A stretch of DNA of 64,000 nucleotides. Origin: Cytophagaceae bacterium. Its GTDB lineage: Bacteria > Bacteroidota > Bacteroidia > Cytophagales > Flexibacteraceae. The translations under genes were made by a program, and so were the position numbers. The notes under the pieces were generated by a model. That model did no database searches. It saw nothing but the letters and a program-made list of their open reading frames with translations, and had not been told where the DNA came from. This document shows, one piece after another, positions 57,568-64,000 of this stretch (its first letter is position 1; every line of letters starts with the position of its first letter). The DNA is taken from assembly GCA_027490155.1 (NCBI GenBank), contig JAIXYP010000028.1:8132-72131 (forward strand). The letters run 5' to 3'.

Positions 57568-58350
57568 GTGGTCCACCTACCAAAATTCTGGTCCTTCTTG
57601 ACGCCCGCCTATTGCTTGGCGTTGATCACCATTCTTTTGATGACGGTACCGCCTAGCGTCGCACAGGCCCAAACAATACCTGCCGAAGAAAACGATTATC
57701 AAGAGGAGTACAACTTTGGGGTCAACTTCAATACCAACTCCTCACTGATAGGTGGGTTTATGTTCAAGTACGGATGGCTTGCCCGCAAAAACCAGTATAA
57801 TAACATTGGGTTTGATTTAGTCCAGGTCAATCACCCCAAGGAACTCACCTACGTTAGCAATCTGACCAACAATACCTTCACACCTTATAAAACCAACTAT
57901 GTTGTCGCCTTCAGGCCTTCCTTTGGTCGAGAGTTTATCCTGTTTCGCAAAGGGGTTGAAGAGGGTGTTCACGTCAATGCCATCGTCGCTGGTGGTCCCA
58001 GTTTTGCATTTATCAAGCCCTACTATATCCTCTATGACCCAGTAGCGCGTAATGTGAATAATGCCCGCTCAGTACCCTACGATCCTAGCAAACATGATGT
58101 CAACTACATCTTTGGACGTGGCCAGTTGCTCGATGGTTTAGGACAGCTTCAGGCCATTCCTGGTATCAACCTCAAAGGAGCTCTTAGCTTCGAGTTTGGT
58201 CGGTTCAACGGTAGCCTGATTGGGGTGGAAACAGGGCTTAACTTTGACTACTATGCCAATGCCCTTCCGCTACTAGCTGGCCAAGCAGATAACTACAATG
58301 CCTGGACCAGTATCTATCTTGTGATCTATTATGGGCACAAAAACCCATAA
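57568..58350 (+). CDS. Putative outer-membrane beta-barrel protein of unknown function
   Basis: Signal peptide (…LMTVPPSVAQAQT), alternating amphipathic beta-strands, and a C-terminal aromatic-rich end. Confidence 0.45.
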   Translation: MVHLPKFWSFLTPAYCLALITILLMTVPPSVAQAQTIPAEENDYQEEYNFGVNFNTNSSLIGGFMFKYGWLARKNQYNNIGFDLVQVNHPKELTYVSNLTNNTFTPYKTNYVVAFRPSFGREFILFRKGVEEGVHVNAIVAGGPSFAFIKPYYILYDPVARNVNNARSVPYDPSKHDVNYIFGRGQLLDGLGQLQAIPGINLKGALSFEFGRFNGSLIGVETGLNFDYYANALPLLAGQADNYNAWTSIYLVIYYGHKNP

Positions 58351-58438
58351 CTTAGGACTAGAATACATTGTGCTCATTGTGTTAAAGCCATACTTACTAG
58401 TGCGCCAAATCTGATGGATTTTACCAACATCATAAGCG

Positions 58439-58945
58439 TTATTCTGCCAAGGCAGGCATCACATCTGCTGGTTGACTTTGAGCAGGTCGGTTTTCACAAC
58501 CATCCCCCTTGGTACATGCCCCGTGCAGGATTAGGCTATGGCCAACAACCCTTTGACCTAGGACTTCGCCCACCATTTTCTGGATGTTGTATATCCGTGG
58601 GTCACAAAACTCGAACACCTTTTGGCAATCACTACAAATCAGGTGATCGTGTTGGCGGTATCCGTATGCCTTTTCGTATTGCGCCTGAGACTGTCCAAAT
58701 TGGTGCTTGCTTACAAGGTCACACTCCACCAAAAGATCTAGCGTGTTATAAACAGTTGCACGGCTAACTCTATAGTTTTTGTTTTTCATGCTGATGTAAA
58801 GACTCTCTACATCAAAATGATCATTACGGCTGTATATCTCCTCCAGGATCGCAAAACGTTCTGGTGTCCTCCGGAGGGCTTTAGCCTCCAGATAATCCAG
58901 AAAGATGCGTTTGACGGTTTCGAAAGTGTCAAGATTTAGTGCCAT
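58439..58945 (-). CDS. fur: Fur-family transcriptional regulator
   Basis: wHTH plus metal sites HDHLICSDC…EFCD and a C-terminal CxxxxxC. Confidence 0.85.
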   Translation of the reverse strand: MALNLDTFETVKRIFLDYLEAKALRRTPERFAILEEIYSRNDHFDVESLYISMKNKNYRVSRATVYNTLDLLVECDLVSKHQFGQSQAQYEKAYGYRQHDHLICSDCQKVFEFCDPRIYNIQKMVGEVLGQRVVGHSLILHGACTKGDGCENRPAQSQPADVMPALAE

Positions 58946-58972
58946 GAGTAGTTGTGATGCTCGTCACCACTG

Positions 58973-58986
58973 ATATTTGCAAATAT
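58973..58986. promoter_or_regulatory. Perfect 14-bp palindrome ATATTTGCAAATAT about 30 nt upstream of the fur start codon. Candidate Fur box or autoregulatory operator.
   Basis: Reverse complement identical. AT-rich, in the fur/parE divergent promoter region. Confidence 0.4.
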
Positions 58987-59096
58987 AAGCTGCAAGGGGC
59001 AAGTTTGCCCTTTGATCCAGACAAGTAATTCCTAGGCCAATGGTCAGCTCTAGCCCTATCCGTGCTATATTGCTGGTCAGCCCCCTGACGAGAAAC

Positions 59097-61007
59097 ATGG
59101 CAGAACAAGTTCCGAACGCCGCTGGCGCATCTATATACAACGAAGAGAGTATCCGTTCACTTGACTGGAAAGAGCACATTCGGCTCCGACCGGGGATGTA
59201 CATCGGCAAGCTAGGAGATGGCAGCAGCTCTGACGACGGCATCTATGTCTTAGTCAAGGAGGTCGTCGATAACTCCATTGACGAGCACATGATGGGCAAT
59301 GGCAAAAACATTGACATCACCATCAGCTCGCACAAAGTCGAGGTGCGCGACTATGGACGTGGGATTCCGCTAGGCAAGGTCATCGACTGCGTCAGTCGCA
59401 TCAACACAGGTGGTAAATATGACAGCGGTGCTTTCCAGAAATCAGTAGGCCTAAATGGTGTCGGTACTAAGGCAGTCAATGCTCTCAGCTCCTACTTTAA
59501 GGTACAGTCAGTGCGTGACGGCCAGACCAAAATTGCTGAGTTCCGCTGCGGTGAGCTTATAAAGGACCATCCAGAAACCAGCACCAACCTCAAGAATGGC
59601 ACCCTGATCACGTTTGAGCCTGATGCCAATATTTTCAAGAACTACCACTTCATACCCGAGTACCTAGACAACCTGATCTGGAACTACGTGTACCTCAATG
59701 CGGGCCTCACGATCAGTTTCAATGGTAAGAAATACTTCAGCCAATTTGGCCTCCTGGACCTCCTGAAGGCCAAAACCGACGAGGAGAACAACCGTTACCC
59801 TATTATCCACCTCAAAGGAGCCGACATCGAGCTGGCCATGACCCATGGTGGCCAATATGGAGAGGAGTACTATAGCTTCGTCAATGGCCAAAACACCACC
59901 CAAGGTGGCACGCACCTAGCTGCATTTCGTGAGGCAGTGGTCAAAACGGTGCGTGAGTTCTACAAAAAGGAATTTGACGCCAGTGATGTCAGGGCCAGCA
60001 TTGTAGCGGCCATTGCCATCAGGGTACAGGAGCCGGTCTTCGAAAGCCAGACCAAAACCAAGCTTGGCAGCATCAACATGACACCAGACGGCGGCGGCAC
60101 AGTCCGGACCTTCGTCGGTGACTTCATGAAACGGGAGTTGGATAACTACCTGCACAAACACCCAGCCGTTGCCGATGCGATCCTTAAACGGATACTCCAG
60201 TCAGAGCGCGAGCGTAAGGAAATTGCAGGAATCAAGAAGCTCGCAAATGACCGCGCTAAAAAGGCTAACCTGCATAACCGTAAGCTGCGTGATTGCCGAA
60301 TCCACTTTAACGAAGACAAAACCGAAAACAAGGTTTATTCTACCTTGTTCATCACCGAAGGGGACTCTGCCTCTGGGTCCATCACCAAAAGCCGAGATGT
60401 CCAGTTGCAGGCCGTCTTTAGCCTAAGGGGCAAGCCACTAAACTGTTTTGGTCTGACCAAAAAGATCGTTTACGAAAACGAAGAATTCAACCTTCTGCAA
60501 CACGCACTCAACATCGAGGACGGGCTCGAAGGCCTTCGCTACAATCGCATTGTTGTCGCCACTGATGCTGACGTCGATGGGATGCACATCAGGCTGTTGT
60601 TGCTGACCTTCTTCTTGCAGTTTTTCCCTGACCTAGTCCGGAATGGCCACCTCTACATCTTGGAAACGCCCCTTTTTAGGGTCCGGAACAAAAAGGAAAC
60701 CCGTTATTGTTACAATGATGCCGAACGGGTTGCGGCCATCGAAGCACTCGGTCCCAAACCTGAGATCACGCGCTTCAAAGGCCTAGGCGAGATCTCCCCT
60801 GACGAGTTCGGCAAATTCATTGGCGAGGACATCAAGCTCGAGCCAGTGATCCTTCAGAAGGACTCTAGCATCCCGAAATTGCTCACATACTTCATGGGCA
60901 AAAACACCCCTGAACGCCAACGTTTCATCATCGACAATTTGCGAGTTGACCTAGATACCATAGCAGATGCTGAAGTTCCTGAACCAGAGACAACAGCCGC
61001 GGCATAA
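59097..61007 (+). CDS. parE: DNA topoisomerase IV subunit B (type IIA topoisomerase ATPase/TOPRIM subunit)
   Basis: GHKL ATPase motifs (…[14 protein letters not shown]…VVDNSIDEH…[14 protein letters not shown]), transducer domain, and TOPRIM (EGDSASGS…). Start at the internal Met MAEQVPN. Confidence 0.85.
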   Translation: MAEQVPNAAGASIYNEESIRSLDWKEHIRLRPGMYIGKLGDGSSSDDGIYVLVKEVVDNSIDEHMMGNGKNIDITISSHKVEVRDYGRGIPLGKVIDCVSRINTGGKYDSGAFQKSVGLNGVGTKAVNALSSYFKVQSVRDGQTKIAEFRCGELIKDHPETSTNLKNGTLITFEPDANIFKNYHFIPEYLDNLIWNYVYLNAGLTISFNGKKYFSQFGLLDLLKAKTDEENNRYPIIHLKGADIELAMTHGGQYGEEYYSFVNGQNTTQGGTHLAAFREAVVKTVREFYKKEFDASDVRASIVAAIAIRVQEPVFESQTKTKLGSINMTPDGGGTVRTFVGDFMKRELDNYLHKHPAVADAILKRILQSERERKEIAGIKKLANDRAKKANLHNRKLRDCRIHFNEDKTENKVYSTLFITEGDSASGSITKSRDVQLQAVFSLRGKPLNCFGLTKKIVYENEEFNLLQHALNIEDGLEGLRYNRIVVATDADVDGMHIRLLLLTFFLQFFPDLVRNGHLYILETPLFRVRNKKETRYCYNDAERVAAIEALGPKPEITRFKGLGEISPDEFGKFIGEDIKLEPVILQKDSSIPKLLTYFMGKNTPERQRFIIDNLRVDLDTIADAEVPEPETTAAA

Positions 61008-61030
61008 TCTGGCATAAGCCTGATCTTGGA

Positions 61031-61763
61031 TCAGGTCCTCGATTTACTAAACAAGTGCGCTGAGTCAGGATGACTAGCCATGCTTGCGAAATCTTTGCCA
61101 GCAATGATCACATGGTCTAGCACCTTGATGTCCATGGTAGCTGCCGCTTCGACGAGCCGTTTAGTTATTCTCAGGTCCTCTATGCTAAAGGCCAAAGACT
61201 TGCTAGGATGATTGTGGCACAGGATTATTCGGTGCGAGCTAATCTGGATTGCATGGCGTAAAACGGACTTAACATCCACCAATACAGACTGAAAGTCTCC
61301 AACGGCAATATTCTTGATCGCTAGGACATGGTTGCCTGCGTCAAGATAGAGGGCAAAAAAATGTTCCTCTGTCAGGTCAATCATTCGTGGTGCCATAATT
61401 TTAGATACCGCGGTATCGTCGTTGACCACCAGAACCGTATCCTGCAACTGCATCCGGCGTACGCCAAGCTCTAGGGCCGTGATGATCGTGATCGCCTTGG
61501 CTGGCCCTAGGCCCTTAATTTTGGTAAGCTCCTCTACCGTAGCGCGAGCCACATTGCCAATGCTATTGCCAAACCTCGCCAAAATGATGCGGGATAGCTC
61601 CATGACATTAACGCCCTGCACCCCGGTGCCTAACAGTATCGCTAACAACTCGACATCTGTCAAGGACTCTGGGCCATATTTGAGCAGGCGCTCACGCGGC
61701 TTTTCTTCATCCTGCCAATTCCTGAAGCCATTCCGATCTGCACGATCAGTAACCTGCCCCATT
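61031..61763 (-). CDS. radC: RadC-family JAB/MPN-domain protein
   Basis: HhH-like N-terminus (RERLLKYGPESLTDVELLAILLGTG) and JAMM motif HNHPS. Start at the internal Met MGQVTDR. Confidence 0.8.
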
Positions 61764-61906
61764 TTTTGGTCGGACCCTAGGTTAGTGCCGCTTTCTATGT
61801 GCTGATTAGATTTGACCTTCGTAGGCTTCGATTTATTGGACTCCGGACTGATTTCGTATCGCACGCGCTGTTGTCTATTTGATGACCTCTAGGGAAAAGT
61901 ACAGGA

Positions 61907-62704
61907 TTAGTTCTCGATGATCAGCAGGTTCTTTTTATTGATCCAGCTGGTGCTACCCTGCCACTCTACTTTGTACCAAATATCCGTCTGGTCTTTGATG
62001 ACCAATTTGTGGCCTCTGTTTAGGTGCTGGACAAAGTCTGACCCACTTGATGGCCCCTGCATCAGCATAGCTTGGTCTGCCGCCACAATGCCTCGACGGT
62101 ACAGTAGCCCAAAATTGGCAGTAAAGGCCGCTGCCAGCACAAATGCCAAAAAAAACAGTGGATTATACATCATCAGCTTACCACGCCACTTGCGATAGAC
62201 CATGATGCCCAAAAACAAAAAGGACATGCCTACATGGAAACTGCAGATGTAGATAAAATACTGGTTATAGAGAAACAGAAAGTAGTCCAGTTCGCTGAAG
62301 ACATAGCCACTTAAGCTATTGAACGTCGCCAAGTCCTCTATTTTCTGCCGCACCTCAAGGCTAGGGTTATGAAGGTAGTAGAGGTTGAGATAATAGAGGG
62401 CCAGTGTAAAGTCATTGGCACTCTCGGTATAGGCCGACATCTTGAGCAACATCTGTGGGCTGTAAAGGCCTCGCTCTTGCAACAGGTATCGATATTGTTG
62501 GTAGGCCTCGGCATATCGCCTGCGCGCAAAGCCACTATCGGCCACCGCCAAGATCCGCCTAGCCCGCCAAGTGGTGTCAAAGGGCAATGGCTTCAGATTT
62601 ACAGCCTGCACCTCCGGAGTGCCCGATAGCAGGTACATGGCCCCAAAACAGGCCAATAGGATCATTTTAAGCTGATTCGGAATATTTTTTAGCGTTCCGC
62701 CCAT
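61907..62704 (-). CDS. Membrane protein with TPR-like N-terminus and C-terminal bacterial SH3 domain; function unknown
   Basis: Signal/TM at the N-terminus, central TM segments, and a C-terminal SH3b-like segment (GHKLVIKDQTDIWYKVEWQGSTSWI). Confidence 0.5.
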   Translation of the reverse strand: MGGTLKNIPNQLKMILLACFGAMYLLSGTPEVQAVNLKPLPFDTTWRARRILAVADSGFARRRYAEAYQQYRYLLQERGLYSPQMLLKMSAYTESANDFTLALYYLNLYYLHNPSLEVRQKIEDLATFNSLSGYVFSELDYFLFLYNQYFIYICSFHVGMSFLFLGIMVYRKWRGKLMMYNPLFFLAFVLAAAFTANFGLLYRRGIVAADQAMLMQGPSSGSDFVQHLNRGHKLVIKDQTDIWYKVEWQGSTSWINKKNLLIIEN

Positions 62705-62850
62705 TTTTTTAGGATTCTGGTTTGCAAACTACGCACTATTCAGCTAGTTTTGCACCGCAATAAGGGAAAACGATCCCCTAAATGTAGAGGTAACAAGGTC
62801 GTAAAAAGTAGTTAATCTACCAATAACATCCTCCAACTTCGTGATTACCC

Positions 62851-62924
62851 GATTCGTTAGCTCAGTTGGTAGAGCAATACACTTTTAATGTATGGGTCCT
62901 GGGTTCGAGTCCCAGACGGATCAC
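62851..62924 (+). tRNA. tRNA-Lys (anticodon TTT), CCA not encoded
   Basis: Acceptor GATTCGT/ACGGATC, D-arm TAGCTCAGTTGGTAGAGC, anticodon loop CTTTTAA, T-arm GGTTCGAGTCC. Confidence 0.88.
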
Positions 62925-62926
62925 AG

Positions 62927-62960
62927 AAGCCGCTTTAGAGACATCTTGAGCGGCTTTTTT
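62927..62960 (+). terminator. Terminator hairpin after tRNA-Lys
   Basis: AAGCCGCT-…-AGCGGCTTTTTT. Confidence 0.6.
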
Positions 62961-63003
62961 AGTAACAAGCTGGTCATGACATTTACTAGACTAGCATCAC
63001 CCT

Positions 63004-63090
63004 AGAGAGGTGTCCGAGTGGTTGAAGGAGCACGCCTGGAAAGTGTGTATAGTCGCAAGGCTATCGAGGGTTCGAATCCCTTCCTCTCTG
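63004..63090 (+). tRNA. tRNA-Ser (anticodon GGA), long variable arm, CCA not encoded
   Basis: Acceptor AGAGAGG/CCTCTCT, D-arm GTCCGAGTGGTTGAAGGAG, anticodon loop CTGGAAA, variable arm GTATAGTCGCAAGGCTATC, T-arm GGTTCGAATCC. Confidence 0.88.
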
Positions 63091-63105
63091 CCCCTATATA
63101 TCACA

Positions 63106-63147
63106 ACACCCTGTAAGACAGTAACTTACAGGGTGTTTTCTTTTTTA
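63106..63147 (+). terminator. Terminator hairpin after tRNA-Ser
   Basis: ACACCCTGTAAG-ACAGTAA-CTTACAGGGTGT followed by TTTTCTTTTTT. Confidence 0.65.
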
Positions 63148-63173
63148 CACCTAACACAAGCCTAACACATTTG

Positions 63174-63617
63174 CTATTTGTTTGCCTTTAGGTCCCCTAA
63201 AAGCGACTGCAAATCATCTTGTTTCCTCGCACTGCTGGAGCTGCTGCCAAACCAATAGCTGAAGATATTAACCACGATTGTGCCTAGACTGCCGATCATC
63301 ACGTTGACTACCGTAGCGTTCTCCGCAGGCACTTGGTGATAGATGCTAGCAAACAGCAAAGCGACAAAGGACAGGATCACCAAAAAGGCTGAGGCATACT
63401 GAGTCCAGACCCCAATGGTATTGCGCAAAGTCACCTCACGTGTCCTTGCTGAGGCCACATCTTCATTACGTAGGCGTTCGATTGTCTCGGTAGTCCTGTT
63501 GATCTCAGTAGCCATTAGGCGCTTCAGTTCCTCACGCTCCTGATCATTGGTGACTACCTGATCCACTACTTTGCTGACCCCACCGATCAAGCCACTTATC
63601 CAATCCCCGATACCCAT
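63174..63617 (-). CDS. Phage-type holin (3-TM 'holin for gene-transfer release' family-like)
   Basis: N-terminus MGIGDWISGLIGGVSKVVDQVV…EREELKRLMATEI… resembles the 3TM-holin/GTA holin family. Hydrophobic segments at the C-terminal half. The ATG at 63615-63617 overlaps the upstream stop (TAATG), so the start is set there rather than 63644. Confidence 0.5.
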   Translation of the reverse strand: MGIGDWISGLIGGVSKVVDQVVTNDQEREELKRLMATEINRTTETIERLRNEDVASARTREVTLRNTIGVWTQYASAFLVILSFVALLFASIYHQVPAENATVVNVMIGSLGTIVVNIFSYWFGSSSSSARKQDDLQSLLGDLKANK

Positions 63618-63961
63618 TAGTCTTTTGGTTTTGAGTTGACCCATTGTGTTAATGTACTTTCCATTACTTCTAGCCTGCGCTGTTGATCGTCAAATTTCTG
63701 ATTGATCAATTCAGTCAGGTGACGATAACCTTGACCGAGCTCCTGTTTAATCAATGCAATATCTCGTTGATCACTGACCGCTTGAGCTTCAAGAATCCTA
63801 ATTCTATTATGAAGGTCACGCAAAAAGAAACCAATGAGTGTTGCCATGACAGCTATGATATATTGCATGTTTTCTGCTGAGATCATTTTGCAATCAACAC
63901 CATAAATAATGAGCCATTGCAATAGTGCAACAATAGCTATAAACCCACCTCCTTTAGCCAT
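63617..63961 (-). CDS. Small membrane protein (two N-terminal TMs plus a coiled-coil), translationally coupled to the holin; possible lysis-cassette partner
   Basis: 114 aa. Hydrophobic N-terminus (FIAIVALLQWLIIYGV…IIAVMATLIGFFL), then a charged helical region. Confidence 0.4.
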   Translation of the reverse strand: MAKGGGFIAIVALLQWLIIYGVDCKMISAENMQYIIAVMATLIGFFLRDLHNRIRILEAQAVSDQRDIALIKQELGQGYRHLTELINQKFDDQQRRLEVMESTLTQWVNSKPKD

Positions 63962-64000
63962 GACTTGACATCAAAGCTTGGGCAGGCCTTGGCCACACCA

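Noticed and set aside
1-64000. CRISPR arrays, transposases/IS elements, integrases, toxin-antitoxin pairs, restriction-modification or other defense systems
   Set aside because: I saw no regularly spaced direct repeats and no transposase, integrase or nuclease-like ORFs. No ORF track entry or intergenic region suggested them.

Overview
Most of this 64-kb window reads as an ordinary chromosomal segment of a Bacteroidetes-type genome, with one possible accessory element at the right edge. Three proteins end in type IX secretion (T9SS) C-terminal sorting domains, and CcoN and CcoO are fused as in that phylum. Coding density is high on both strands. Left to right I can support the following. A 5'-truncated ORF and a small lipoprotein with a CXXCH motif open the window. 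A giant 3227-aa G/T/S/N-rich repeat protein with a T9SS tail lies at 1536-11219 and is divergent from a GWxTD-domain lipoprotein. The next genes are rlmB and two tandem rhomboid proteases. A carotenoid (zeaxanthin-type) cluster follows, crtI-crtB-crtY(cd)-ispH-crtZ, then ribD and a membrane Fe-S protein. tRNA-Phe is followed by a T9SS-secreted multicopper oxidase and a thioredoxin-like protein. A desaturase and two FNR-like Crp/Fnr regulators come next. The complete cbb3 oxidase locus is ccoS-ccoI divergent from ccoNO-ccoQ-ccoP-ccoG-ccoH-TauE-like. After it come a T9SS-secreted beta-helix protein, flotillin, OsmC, an FMN reductase and hisC-hisD-hisG. A LytTR two-component pair, sdaAA, an asparaginase-type peptidase and a TonB receptor divergent from a DtxR-family regulator follow. 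The last stretch holds ytxJ, a second OsmC, fur, parE, radC, and a tRNA-Lys/tRNA-Ser pair followed by a translationally coupled phage-type holin cassette at the right window edge. I found no CRISPR array, transposase, integrase or recognisable defense system. The items I would look at again are several perfect palindromes in divergent promoter regions (ccoNO, dtxR/TonB, fur), the unannotated ccoS, the internal repeat array of the giant protein, and the holin module next to the tRNAs.
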